Numbered from the stretch's first letter, positions 35,644 through 45,810 are shown. The stretch: DNA of 64,000 nucleotides from Candidatus Buchananbacteria bacterium (GCA_041666945.1 JBAYFY010000001.1:55813-119812); one strand, 5' to 3'. A program made the numbers and translations. Notes: generated from the letters alone by a model not told the origin.

Positions 35644-36855
35644 TTATGGAGTGCTGTTGCCGTTATAATAGTTCATTACTTTATTAACATAATCTCTGGT
35701 TTGCCCGTAACCGGCATTTTGGCAGCATTGGTAGCTTAGGTATCCTTTGCAATTTGTGCTGTTGCTGACAGCGCCCTTGCCGCCATTATAGGCCGCCGCC
35801 GCTCGCGTAAGATCTTTTTCGTTGCTATTTTTTACGTATTTAGCGGCCAATTTAATACTCAAATCCACCCCGGCCTGGCCTTTAAGTTCGTCGCAACTTA
35901 CTTTACGTCCGGCCAATCCGCTGGCAGTTGTCGGTAAAATTTGCATAATACCGCAAGCATTTGATTTACTGGTGCCCACATTGGCGTTGCCGCTTGATTC
36001 TTGAGACATGATGGCTTTTAACAGTTTTGGATCCACACCCTCTGCGGCTGCGGCGGCTTTGATTTGCGAATCGTAAGCGTCGCAATTGGAGCAAGTCATT
36101 GGCTTATTTACACCGTCTTTTTTGTAATCCCAAGCCGTACCATTGGGGGCGCTAAGGCAAGGATCGTTCTTATCGGGGGCAATTTGCTTGCCCTGATTTT
36201 TTAAGTTATTTTGTTGAGTTTCCGTGGAGATGCCGGCATTACCAGCAAGAATCACCGGTTCAAATTCCTGTCCGGTTATAACCGTCAAGTTAGGGTTAAT
36301 AATACTAATTAACGTATAAGATAGCAAGGCCAAGGCCAATCCGGCCAAAGCGGAAAAAATTATGGATTTGGCATCGGTTATTTTGCCGCCATCGCCGCGC
36401 GCCAGAAGCCATTTGAATCCGCCCCACATGACCATAATCGTTGCGAGTATGCCAACTGTTCCCAATAATAATGCGTACCAGGTGTTAATGTAGCTGGGCA
36501 GAAGATCCGCATTAACCGGAATTTTAGCGCCGGCCGTAAAAAGGCCGCCGATGGCCACGTTAGGAGTAAAAGTAAAAGACGCTCCACTATCTTGATCAAT
36601 GGTTTTTGTTGAACCAATGTTCACAGTGGTGTCGGAAGGCGTTGATTGGCCCCATTCCGCCGCCCCATTGGGATAGGTGATGGAGCATTGGTGAATACAG
36701 CCGCTGATTTGTTCTTGAGTCCAATCCGCTCCTGAATCGTAACAACCATCAAGGCATTGCTGATATTCAGTTTTGTTGTCGGCCAAAACCGCTGCCGGCA
36801 GCAACAGATTAAAAACCAGAGCAATAGTTAAAAATGTTTTCAGTAAATATCTCAT
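35644..36855 (-). CDS. Secreted Cys-rich protein: two-helix hydrophobic hairpin module fused to a C-terminal SLT lytic transglycosylase domain (VirB1/TraG-like)
   Basis: Signal peptide. Hairpin WYALLLGTVGILATIMVMWGGFKWLLARGDGGKITDAKSIIFSALAGLALALLSYTLISIINP. SLT motif AIMSQESSGNANVGTSKSNACGIMQI...AAYNGG. Confidence 0.7.
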   Translation of the reverse strand: MRYLLKTFLTIALVFNLLLPAAVLADNKTEYQQCLDGCYDSGADWTQEQISGCIHQCSITYPNGAAEWGQSTPSDTTVNIGSTKTIDQDSGASFTFTPNVAIGGLFTAGAKIPVNADLLPSYINTWYALLLGTVGILATIMVMWGGFKWLLARGDGGKITDAKSIIFSALAGLALALLSYTLISIINPNLTVITGQEFEPVILAGNAGISTETQQNNLKNQGKQIAPDKNDPCLSAPNGTAWDYKKDGVNKPMTCSNCDAYDSQIKAAAAAEGVDPKLLKAIMSQESSGNANVGTSKSNACGIMQILPTTASGLAGRKVSCDELKGQAGVDLSIKLAAKYVKNSNEKDLTRAAAAYNGGKGAVSNSTNCKGYLSYQCCQNAGYGQTRDYVNKVMNYYNGNSTP

Positions 36856-36877
36856 AATTATTAATATAAAAAATAAT

Positions 36878-37927
36878 TCAATTTTTCATAATCTCCCATT
36901 CCACCAATTCTTGATTCATACTGGTTAAACGCAAAGGCATATTCATGCCTTCCAACTGATAAACTCCGCCGACAATCAAGTCGGGAGAAATTTTTAAGGT
37001 GTCCATCAGTAACATTTCGTCAGCGGCTAAAGGATTGGTGGAAATGCTGAATTTGTTATTAGCCAGTTGGTTTAATTCCAACGGGCCCAAACTAAGGTTA
37101 TTCAAGGTGGTGCCCAGAGTGGCCAAATCGCTTATTTCTTGAGTTGAGAGCAATTCATATTGCAGGCAAGACCCCATTTCGGCGCTCGCGGGCAGAGTGG
37201 CGGCGTTTTCGCTGTTGCAATATGGTTTATAAATTTCAAAACCGGATTTTTTTAAGGTGGCTCTGACTTTTTGTTCGGTTTCAGGCAGGATTTGTTTGCC
37301 CAGTTGGTCTTGAAAAAGTTTTTTTAATTCCGCATCAGTCAACGGCGTGTAATTTTGCACTATGGGTTCCCGGCCCTCAAAATTTATATTGCTAAGGTCG
37401 GGGTTAACGATGGATATCAAAGTATAAGACAATAAAGCCAAAGCCAGACCGGCCAAAGCGGAAAAAATCATGGATTTGGCATCGGTAATTTTGCCGCTGT
37501 CGCCGCGCGCCAGAAGCCACTTGAATCCGGCCCACATAATCATTATCGTAGCCACAATGCCGATTACCCCCAGCATCAAGTCATACCAGGCCTTGATATA
37601 ATTACCCAATAAATTTTCGTTGACATTACCGCCCATAAAGGCGCCGATAGGCACGTTGAGAATTAAATCTCCGCTTTGGGCCGCAGTGGCGGCATCTGAT
37701 GCTGCTAATTGCGCATTTTGCGCCGCCTCATATTCGTTTTTGCAAAGGGAAAAATCGTCAGCGGCTTGTTGTTGGCAGGCCGTATCATCAGATTCGCAGT
37801 TATCAAGTTGGTCTTGCTGTTGTTTTAAGCAATCATCAATATAATTCGCTTGAGCCGCAATCCAAGGAAAAAGCAAAAGATAAGAGGCAAAATAAATAAT
37901 CGCTAAGATTGGGATTTTTCTGTTCAT
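36878..37927 (-). CDS. Paralogous secreted Cys-rich protein with the same two-helix hairpin module but no SLT domain (candidate VirB2/TrbC-like pilin-type subunit)
   Basis: WYDLMLGVIGIVATIMIMWAGFKWLLARGDSGKITDAKSMIFSALAGLALALLSYTLISIVNP is about 85% identical to the module in 35644-36855. The two modules are also near-identical at the nucleotide level. Confidence 0.65.
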   Translation of the reverse strand: MNRKIPILAIIYFASYLLLFPWIAAQANYIDDCLKQQQDQLDNCESDDTACQQQAADDFSLCKNEYEAAQNAQLAASDAATAAQSGDLILNVPIGAFMGGNVNENLLGNYIKAWYDLMLGVIGIVATIMIMWAGFKWLLARGDSGKITDAKSMIFSALAGLALALLSYTLISIVNPDLSNINFEGREPIVQNYTPLTDAELKKLFQDQLGKQILPETEQKVRATLKKSGFEIYKPYCNSENAATLPASAEMGSCLQYELLSTQEISDLATLGTTLNNLSLGPLELNQLANNKFSISTNPLAADEMLLMDTLKISPDLIVGGVYQLEGMNMPLRLTSMNQELVEWEIMKN

Positions 37928-39162
37928 GGCAAATCAATTTTATAAATGCGGTTATTGGAACCATCAGTGAAAAATAATGATTTGGGCGAAGAAGCGTTGT
38001 ACATAATATTGGCAATACTACCTTGGCGGGTTGGCGTGGCAATAATTGTCTGTTGGCCTGTCGTTAAATCAATCTGGTAAATATCATCAGTCAGAGTATC
38101 GGCCACGCTACGATCAATGTCGGCGCCATTGGGCAAATCGCGCGGAACGGCGCAGTAAAGCGTATCATTGCCGGCGAAAGAGCATTTGTCCGGCCAAGTG
38201 TTTAAGGAAAGCGCTTGGCGGTTAGTGCCGATATTATCACCATGAGCGTCGGAAATCCACAGTTGCGGCTTGAAATCTGTCATATTGTGCACACTATAAA
38301 GCAGGCGTTCGCCATTGGGCGACCATTCGCTTTGAAACCCTCGGCCCTCCACAATCATGGATTTGAAGTTTTCACCATTTAAACCGATGAGATAAATTTC
38401 AGAACGGTTGAGATCCTTACCCTCGTTAAAAGTTGCTACCACTTGATTATTTGGTGACCAATTAGGTTGGACTTGGTTTTCAATACCGCCGATACTTTCT
38501 AGAATTTGAGGATTGGAACCGTCATAGTTGGCGGCGACTAAAAAACGATTTTCCACGTCCAGGGCCATGTTTTTGAATAGTATCTGCTCATTATTGGCCG
38601 AAAAATCAAAATCTTCCCAATGCTCGGGCAGAGTGATTTGTTTTTCTGTATTAAAGTCATAAACAGTGTTGGAACCGTCAGGATATTCCAATATAGCTTT
38701 ATTACCCTTGCTATCCCAAGTGGCATTACTGATATTATAGAATATTTGGTCGCTCAAAGCAGTGATATTGCCGTTACTGTCCACGCGATAAAATTTGCCG
38801 TCTTTAGAATTATAATAACTGATTGTCCCGTCGGAGGTCATGAAAGAAAAATAAGCCGGATCTTTAACGATAGCGCTTACAGCCGTTAGTCCGCCTTGAG
38901 CTGTTTTGGTGACCGCAGGCACTGAAGCAGTAATTTGCCCGGGAGATTGGGGCAGGAAACCGGATTGCGCCGCTATTTGCTGATTGCCGGCGCCGGCTTC
39001 AGGCAGTTGGCCGATGGTGGTAGTGGCAGTTTGTTCAGTCGGCAGAGTGCTGGCAGGAGCAAAGAAAGGCAGCCAAAAAAACCAATAAATAAAAAACACC
39101 AATAAAACGGCGGCGCCGATAATTAGGGCGAAAACCCCAATTTTTTTCCAATCAAGATTCAT
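37924..39162 (-). CDS. Membrane-anchored TolB-like beta-propeller protein (PD40/WD40-like repeats)
   Basis: N-terminal TM. Repeated DGxxxxY / WSPNG blades: SDGTISYYNSKDGKFY, DSKGNKAILEYPDGSNTVY, WSPNNQVVATF, WSPNGERLLYS. Confidence 0.65.
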   Translation of the reverse strand: MNLDWKKIGVFALIIGAAVLLVFFIYWFFWLPFFAPASTLPTEQTATTTIGQLPEAGAGNQQIAAQSGFLPQSPGQITASVPAVTKTAQGGLTAVSAIVKDPAYFSFMTSDGTISYYNSKDGKFYRVDSNGNITALSDQIFYNISNATWDSKGNKAILEYPDGSNTVYDFNTEKQITLPEHWEDFDFSANNEQILFKNMALDVENRFLVAANYDGSNPQILESIGGIENQVQPNWSPNNQVVATFNEGKDLNRSEIYLIGLNGENFKSMIVEGRGFQSEWSPNGERLLYSVHNMTDFKPQLWISDAHGDNIGTNRQALSLNTWPDKCSFAGNDTLYCAVPRDLPNGADIDRSVADTLTDDIYQIDLTTGQQTIIATPTRQGSIANIMYNASSPKSLFFTDGSNNRIYKIDLP

Positions 39163-39179
39163 ATATGTGATATTTATTA

Positions 39180-39842
39180 TTAACCGCCATCCTCAATTTC
39201 CCCCTCGTTTTCGCCGGCAGTAGCGCCGCTTGACGGTTGCGGACCAGCGTCTTGAGCGCTCGGCGAGGCGGCGGGAGCAGCCGCCGGGGAGCCGGTGTTA
39301 CTTTCCTGAACGCATTCCAAACTCCCGCTGATTAATTTTTCCGGGTCATTGATTAGGTAGCTTATGGCGCCGTTAAGATAGAATGACCAGCCGCATTTTT
39401 CATAAGCGTAATACATGCTGCCGCCAATCATAATAACAATAAGAAGCAGTAGAATAACTACCCAAAGCCACCAAGTTCCGGCGATAAAAGTCAAGGCCAT
39501 CCAAACATACCTGACTGTTTTGACGGTTTTCGCGGCTTGTTGGATTTTTTGTTTCGCTTCACTGGTTTCTTCAGCGGCTTTAGCGGCAGTATTGGCGGCT
39601 TGAGCTTTTTCAGAATTAAGCATGTCGGCCTGATTATCATCCGAAGAAGCTGAATTGGATCGGCTATTTTTGCTTTGTTGGTTTTCTGTTTGTCCGAACG
39701 CGGCTGAACGGCGGCCCAAGGCAGTATCCACCGAAGAAAAATCATCAGCGCGAATCAATTCATTACGCTTGGCGTTTTTTTGGCTGTTTATTTGATTGGC
39801 TATATTTGCCTCATCTATTATAACCCGTTCATCATCCGCCAT
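39180..39842 (-). CDS. Hypothetical bitopic membrane protein (220 aa)
   Basis: Charged N-terminus, TM VWMALTFIAGTWWLWVVILLLLIVIMIGG, and an Ala/Pro/Ser-rich acidic tail. Confidence 0.5.
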   Translation of the reverse strand: MADDERVIIDEANIANQINSQKNAKRNELIRADDFSSVDTALGRRSAAFGQTENQQSKNSRSNSASSDDNQADMLNSEKAQAANTAAKAAEETSEAKQKIQQAAKTVKTVRYVWMALTFIAGTWWLWVVILLLLIVIMIGGSMYYAYEKCGWSFYLNGAISYLINDPEKLISGSLECVQESNTGSPAAAPAASPSAQDAGPQPSSGATAGENEGEIEDGG

Positions 39843-40105
39843 AATAAAGATGTAATAATTACACTTTTATTATACCATTTTTTACCTTTAATCACAAAAT
39901 GTCGCTGACTATGATTTTTTTCTGTCCGACGATTTTCTTATTCTGACCATTTTAACAATTTTTTTTTGACTGCAGGCAATCGGCAGTGATAGCGCAAAGA
40001 TGGTTTTTTAGAATCAACGCAAAGCTTTGATTAGGTACAGGATTGCATTAAAGATAGATTTTATGTTGTAATTAAAATAGTAATTTCTCAAAATAGCTAA
40101 AATGT

Positions 40106-40142
40106 TGTATAATTAAATTATAGTTAATGCTTGTGGATAAGT
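40106..40142 (+). promoter_or_regulatory. -10-like TGTATAAT (40106-40113) followed by TGTGGATAAGTTAT (40133-40146). The 9-mer TGTGGATAA is a DnaA box on the minus strand.
   Basis: Read directly. The 14-mer TGTGGATAAGTTAT is identical to the reverse complement of 8496-8509. Confidence 0.45.
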
Positions 40143-40276
40143 TATAAATCAGCCAATTTTTTCCGTCATTCCCAAAAATCACTGATGAGCTTAAAAGAGC
40201 GAGTCAAAATTTATCGGAAATCAGTAATATAATAATATTAAGTTGGTTTTTCACAAGCAAATAAGGTGACAAAAAT

Positions 40277-42934
40277 ATGCTGGTAAAACAGCCCATCAAG
40301 TTTTTTCAGGTTGCGATTTTCGTCGTAAGCGGCCTGTCTTTGTTTTTAATTTTGTCTGCGCCTGCCTTATCCTGGACCGGTCCGACAGATGATCCGCCTA
40401 ATGGCAATGTCGCGGCGCCGCTTAATCAATCCACGCTTTTCAGCGGCGATGTTATTTCCGGCAGATGGAATACGTTAACAATTACTCCCGATAACTGCAG
40501 TATCGCCTCTTTAGTCGGTTGGAACGGCACTAAATTGGCGTGCACTTCCACTTCGCCAACTTCTGGAGGGATCAGCGGCCGAGTCAATTACTTGTCTAAA
40601 TTTATCACCACTAGCACGCTGGGTGAGTCCTCTATTTTTGACAACGGCAATGTCGGTATAAACGATGTGACTCCTGAAGCTACTTTAGTGATAAAAAGAG
40701 CCGGCGGGGGGGCTACCAATACTTGGTTGCGTGTCCATGATACCTCGGCTAATCCCGAGATTCAGTTGCAATATTCCAGTGGCGTCAATGACCATTGGGG
40801 TATTTATAATAATCAGACCGAAGATGCTTTTAGAATTTGGGGCGGCGGCAATGATCGTTTTTCTATTCTGCAAAACGGCAATATCGGTATCGGCAAAAAT
40901 GCTCCCGTTGCCAAATTAGATGTGGCTGGCACGGTCAGTTCAACCGGTTTGCAAGTTAATGGTTTAATAAGAGCGAGCAGTTTAGTCGGCAGCGGGGTTC
41001 GTTGCTTGCAAACTAGCGCTACCGGCCAAATTTCTGCCACTGCCGCGGCTTGCGGTATCGGATCGGGCGGAAGCGGCGGTGTTAATTACGGTTTGTCTGG
41101 GCAAGTTGCCTATTATCCGGCTAATGGCACGAATGTTACCGGCACCTCGGCTTTAATCATTGATAATGCCAACAATCGGGTTGGTTTAGGCGCGGCTCCA
41201 GCGACTAATCATCGCTTTCTAGTTAAATCGGCCGGTGTTTTGAGTTATGCGATGAAGATTTTGGATTCCAGCGGCAATATACCGCTTTTATCAATTGTTG
41301 ATCTTGGTACGTCAGCTTTGGGCTCTATGGTGGGTATTGGTGTTGACACTCCGGCTGAAATGTTAGAAATAGCAGCCCCCACCAGCGCCAAAACGGCCAG
41401 GGTGCGTATTACCGATACTGTGAATAATCCGGAATTGCAATTGCAATATGGCACCAGTAATGAACATTGGTCAATATATAATCGCAATGCGGGGATTACC
41501 GGTTACCCCGATACAGCAGACAGTTTAAATATTTGGAGCAAAGGTTCCGATAACGGTGGGGATCGTGTTACTCTTACCCAAAATGGCTTTGTCGGAATCA
41601 ATAACAATACTCCGCAGAAAAGGTTGCATATAGGTCCGGGCTTAACTTATTATCCGGCTTCGGCATTAGCGATTACAGAGAGTCCGGCCACACCTTGGAA
41701 TCCTGCCGCTGGAGCGGCTATGGAATTTGATACTATTGCGAATACGGATAGTTATGGCGAGGGCGGCGGGATCGGTTATGACGCCCCTAAAAATGATCCG
41801 GCGCGCGGCATGGAATTTTATGTCGGTCGGACAGACCCCAGCAGTGTTGCTGGTTGGGGCAACGGTTTAACGGCCGTGAAAATTCAAAGCGTCAATGGTT
41901 ATGTCGGCGTGGGAAATTGGAATCCCACTTCTCTGCTATCCATATCCAACCAAAGTATTTATTGGAAGAGACCAACAATAGCCAATAAAGACGTTTTTTT
42001 GGATTTAAGCACTTATAAAACGGAAAATAATAACGGCTTGCGTTGGTCTGTCGGTCCGTCGACCAGCAGCCAAGATTTGTGGTGGTTGTATCGGCCGGCT
42101 AATTCCACTAATTTGGTTTTAGCAACCGGCGACAACAACCCCGCTAATAGCGTAATGACCTTTTTGTCCGATGGAAGAGTAGGCATAGGAACCAGTAGCC
42201 CGGCCTCCACCCTAAGTGTGGTTGGTGATAGCACTACGGGTTATGGTATTGCTCAGCCCGATGGCGCCACTGTTTATGTTAAGAATACTCACATTACTTC
42301 CGGCTTGGAATATTCTTTTGGTGTTATAGCCGAAGGTTATACGGCAGGAGTGTTAGGAATGTCTGCCAGTGATACGGGCATTGGTTTGTATGGCAGTAGT
42401 TCCGGAGGAGAGGGGGTGCAGGGTTGGACGGAAAGCGGCGCAGCAATTTCTGGAAATTCTACCGAGAATAGCGGTTTGTCAGGTACTTTTAGCGGGGGAA
42501 AAGGTTTAAAAATTAATCGTTCTCTCAACGAAAAAGCCGGAGGTTATGCAATCATAGGCGCCTGGCCGGATAGTACGCAAAGCGGTTCATGGATGGCTTT
42601 GCAACTATCAGGGAATGAAATCTCTCAAGGTAATTACAACTTGTTGTCATCGCCTGATAATACCAACCTTTATATTAATCGTCCTTCTGATAGGAATATA
42701 TATTTTAGAGAAAATAATGCCGATCAAATGATTATAAGCACCGGAGGCAATGTGGGTATCGGCTTAACTGCGCCGACGCAGAAACTCCAGGTTAACGGCG
42801 TGGTTCGAGCGACTGGTTTTATGGCCGGTTCGGCCACCGGCATAAGCAGAACGGTGCGAGTCAAAGGAAGCAATGGCGCTAATTGCAATTTAGTTTTTAC
42901 TAATGGCCTCTTAACCAGTGAAACCTGTCCTTAA
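40277..42934 (+). CDS. Secreted fibre-like repeat protein (885 aa) with seven G-x-VGIG...P...L.V.G repeats (tail-fibre-like)
   Basis: Signal peptide. Repeats DNGNVGINDVTPEATL, QNGNIGIGKNAPVAKLDV, QNGFVGINNNTPQKRL, SMVGIGVDTPAEML, NGYVGVGNWNPTSL, DGRVGIGTSSPASTLSV, GGNVGIGLTAPTQKLQV. Tandem ~55-aa NPE(I/L)QLQY...HW(G/S)IYN units. Confidence 0.7.
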   Translation: MLVKQPIKFFQVAIFVVSGLSLFLILSAPALSWTGPTDDPPNGNVAAPLNQSTLFSGDVISGRWNTLTITPDNCSIASLVGWNGTKLACTSTSPTSGGISGRVNYLSKFITTSTLGESSIFDNGNVGINDVTPEATLVIKRAGGGATNTWLRVHDTSANPEIQLQYSSGVNDHWGIYNNQTEDAFRIWGGGNDRFSILQNGNIGIGKNAPVAKLDVAGTVSSTGLQVNGLIRASSLVGSGVRCLQTSATGQISATAAACGIGSGGSGGVNYGLSGQVAYYPANGTNVTGTSALIIDNANNRVGLGAAPATNHRFLVKSAGVLSYAMKILDSSGNIPLLSIVDLGTSALGSMVGIGVDTPAEMLEIAAPTSAKTARVRITDTVNNPELQLQYGTSNEHWSIYNRNAGITGYPDTADSLNIWSKGSDNGGDRVTLTQNGFVGINNNTPQKRLHIGPGLTYYPASALAITESPATPWNPAAGAAMEFDTIANTDSYGEGGGIGYDAPKNDPARGMEFYVGRTDPSSVAGWGNGLTAVKIQSVNGYVGVGNWNPTSLLSISNQSIYWKRPTIANKDVFLDLSTYKTENNNGLRWSVGPSTSSQDLWWLYRPANSTNLVLATGDNNPANSVMTFLSDGRVGIGTSSPASTLSVVGDSTTGYGIAQPDGATVYVKNTHITSGLEYSFGVIAEGYTAGVLGMSASDTGIGLYGSSSGGEGVQGWTESGAAISGNSTENSGLSGTFSGGKGLKINRSLNEKAGGYAIIGAWPDSTQSGSWMALQLSGNEISQGNYNLLSSPDNTNLYINRPSDRNIYFRENNADQMIISTGGNVGIGLTAPTQKLQVNGVVRATGFMAGSATGISRTVRVKGSNGANCNLVFTNGLLTSETCP

Positions 42935-42950
42935 TTTCGTCAACTTAATC

Positions 42951-44618
42951 ATGCCTAATCGTGTTTTTAAATATGGATCACTGACCATGCTTACGGCCAT
43001 TATTGTTTTGGCTGGGGTATTAGCTTGCCGCTTAGCTTTCATGCAAGAAGCAACTGTAGTTTATGATGTTGCCGGCTGGCTATGGAGCGATAATTACGGC
43101 TGGATATCATTGCATTATCAAAATGCGGAATTATCCGAAGGCGGGGATACCAGGGCTTACAGAGTTCAATTAGATAGCGATAATAATCTGATTGGGTATG
43201 GTTGGTCGGAATATGTGGGCTGGATTTGTTTCGGTTTCACTTGCTCCAGTTCGGGTATTGGTGGTACTCCCATCGGCGGTTGGAGCGCCAATTATGACCC
43301 AATAACCAAAAAAGTTTCCGGCTGGGCTGGTATCGTTTCGGTAAAAAGCGATGGTTATTTATATTTAGGCGGTTCTTTAGCGGGCAGCGGCTCTTTGATT
43401 AATGGCGTTGGTCAGACCTGCTACGATTGCAATACTAATAATGAAGAGGGGGCGTTGAATTGCCATACTTGTTTTGCTCGCGTTCGGTTTGATGGCGAAA
43501 ATATACCGGAAGCTAATGTTACTTCCACCGTCGGCGGCAGCGGCTCAATTTGTTTCAATTGCACTGGTTGTCAGACCTCAACCAACGCCTTAGGCGCTGG
43601 TCGAATTGTGTGCAGTTCCGGCTGTGAAAGCTGTAAAAGTTACGGCACAGCAGTTAATGGCGCCAATGGCACGATTTTGGGTTGGGGCTGGAACGGTGAT
43701 GACACTAAATTAGTCGGCGCCGGTTGGGTGGAATTTAATGGCGCAGCTGAAATTGTCTATCCTTGGCTGCAAACGCAATTCGGTTCAGTTTACGGTTCTA
43801 ACTATATCAGACAAAGATTTGAAAAGGGCCGTAACGCCACTTATTGTATTTTTGCCAAGGATGTTTACAGTTTTACGACTGTCAATTGTCAGATACCTTA
43901 TTTTAGCGATGTTTCCATCGCTTTCCCCACAGAGCAAAACGGCGTTTATAAAAATGCTTTGGGGCAGATTGATTTGGTTGGCTTAACTACCGAATATAAA
44001 AAAATAGGCAATGTTCGTTATAATAAATATGATCAGGTGCTAAATATCAGCGCTAACGCCACTTGGAATGATAATAAGATTCTTAATAATGGCGTTTACG
44101 TCATTAATGGCGATCTGGTTATTGGCAGCGGCTTCAATATTGCCAATGCGGCAGGCAATCAAAGGGGCAATGGTTTGGTGGTAGTCAATGGCAATCTGAA
44201 TATTAATAGCAATTTCGGTTATGATTCCGGCCTGCCCGATGATTTGAAAAAGTTAGGTTCCGTAGCTTGGGTTATCAAGGGGGATGTTATAGTCGATCCC
44301 GCCGTAACCAATATCGCCGGCGCTTTTATGCTTTTAGGCAAAGACGGCGTCAGCGTTTGCCAGAGGAGCGGCGGTTCTGATGATTATCCTCAATATGCCG
44401 CCAATGGCTGCGGAGTGTTCTTCTCCAACCAAAGCAAAAATAAGTTGGAGGTGCTGGGCTTGATTATCGCCAGGGCTTTTGATTTCCGTCGCACCTATTC
44501 TAAATTGTCTCAAGGTTCGGAAAGAATTATTTATGATGGCCGTTTGATCGCTAATCCGCCCCCGGGACTTAAGGCCTTGGCTGAAAATCTGCCGGTGATT
44601 AGGGATTATCAGTATTAA
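42951..44618 (+). CDS. Secreted Cys-rich hypothetical protein (~555 aa), candidate pilus-associated adhesin
   Basis: Signal-anchor SLTMLTAIIVLAGVLA, many Cys pairs, and Asn/Gly-rich beta-like repeats. Start at the internal Met; the ORF track opens at 42918. Confidence 0.55.
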   Translation: MPNRVFKYGSLTMLTAIIVLAGVLACRLAFMQEATVVYDVAGWLWSDNYGWISLHYQNAELSEGGDTRAYRVQLDSDNNLIGYGWSEYVGWICFGFTCSSSGIGGTPIGGWSANYDPITKKVSGWAGIVSVKSDGYLYLGGSLAGSGSLINGVGQTCYDCNTNNEEGALNCHTCFARVRFDGENIPEANVTSTVGGSGSICFNCTGCQTSTNALGAGRIVCSSGCESCKSYGTAVNGANGTILGWGWNGDDTKLVGAGWVEFNGAAEIVYPWLQTQFGSVYGSNYIRQRFEKGRNATYCIFAKDVYSFTTVNCQIPYFSDVSIAFPTEQNGVYKNALGQIDLVGLTTEYKKIGNVRYNKYDQVLNISANATWNDNKILNNGVYVINGDLVIGSGFNIANAAGNQRGNGLVVVNGNLNINSNFGYDSGLPDDLKKLGSVAWVIKGDVIVDPAVTNIAGAFMLLGKDGVSVCQRSGGSDDYPQYAANGCGVFFSNQSKNKLEVLGLIIARAFDFRRTYSKLSQGSERIIYDGRLIANPPPGLKALAENLPVIRDYQY

Positions 44619-44697
44619 AGTACAACTAATAATCAATAATTGGTAATTAAAATTAATGAAAAAATGCTTAATTATCGGTTATTAATTTTTAATTTTT

Positions 44698-45810
44698 ATG
44701 CTTGGATCAAAGAAAAACAATTATCTCGGTGTCGATCTGGGGTCTTCTTCCGTTAAAGTAGTTGAATTATCCAATTATTCCGGCCGGCCGCGGTTGATTA
44801 CTTATGGTTTTACCGAAAAAAGCCCGACTAATATCTCAGAATCGGGAATAATTTCCGATATTGAAGAAACTGCCGCCATTCTTAAGGAAGTTTGTAAAAA
44901 ATCAAAAGTAACCGCCAATAAAGCCGTAGCCGCTTTGCCTAATTTTTCCGTTTTTACTTCCATTCTGACTTTGCCATCGTTATCAAAAAAAGATTTGGCG
45001 GCGGCGATAAGCTGGGAAGCTAAAAAAATCATCCCCATGCCGTTGGAAGAAATAATCTTGGATTGGAAGATCGTAGAAGAATTTGAAGCGGGCGGAGGCG
45101 GCGGCGCGGAAAAATTACCAGAGTTGAATCAGGAAGTTAATCCGTTGAAAAAAATATTTTCTAGGCCCAAGAAAAACGTTCGCGTATTGCTAACCGGAGC
45201 CAGTAAACAATTAATTAAGAAATACATTGATATTTTTGCTAAATGCGGCCTGACTTTGCTTAGTTTGGAAACGGAAAGTTTCGCTTTGATTCGTTCGCTT
45301 TTGGGCGATGATAAATCAACGGTGATGATTATTGATTTGGGCGCGGCCACCTCCAGTTTAGTCGTGGTTTCTAAGGGCGTGCCGGTTTTGAATCGTTCTT
45401 TAGAGTTGGGCGGCCAGGCATTGACCAAGGCCATTTCCTTGGCTTTAAACGTTAATTTGGAACGAGCCGAACAATTTAAGCAAGATTTGTCATTGGATTC
45501 GGAAACCAGCGAGAATTCTTTGCCTCAGACCGTAGAAAAGGCCTTCGCTCCTATTTTGAATGAAATTAGTTACACGATTAATTTATATCAAGACAGCAAC
45601 AACACTAAGATTGATAAATTGATTTTAACCGGCGGTACGGCTCTTTTGGGGCATTTACCGGGTTATTTATCGAATACTTTTAATATTAATACGGTTATCG
45701 GCGATCCCTGGGCGCGGGTGGTTTATCCTGTTGACTTGAAGCCGATTTTGGATCGTGTCGGAGCGCGCTTTGCCGTTCCTGTCGGTTTGGCGATGCGGGA
45801 GATAGAATAA
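44698..45810 (+). CDS. pilM: Type IV pilus assembly protein PilM (actin-like ATPase fold)
   Basis: YLGVDLGSSSVKVVEL...LTLLSLETESFALIRS...LTGGTALL. Confidence 0.85.
   Translation: MLGSKKNNYLGVDLGSSSVKVVELSNYSGRPRLITYGFTEKSPTNISESGIISDIEETAAILKEVCKKSKVTANKAVAALPNFSVFTSILTLPSLSKKDLAAAISWEAKKIIPMPLEEIILDWKIVEEFEAGGGGGAEKLPELNQEVNPLKKIFSRPKKNVRVLLTGASKQLIKKYIDIFAKCGLTLLSLETESFALIRSLLGDDKSTVMIIDLGAATSSLVVVSKGVPVLNRSLELGGQALTKAISLALNVNLERAEQFKQDLSLDSETSENSLPQTVEKAFAPILNEISYTINLYQDSNNTKIDKLILTGGTALLGHLPGYLSNTFNINTVIGDPWARVVYPVDLKPILDRVGARFAVPVGLAMREIE

Noticed and set aside
34715-35668. Plus-strand ORFs 34715-35131 and 35177-35668
   Set aside because: They are antisense to radA, whose Walker A, KNRFG and Lon domains are unambiguous.
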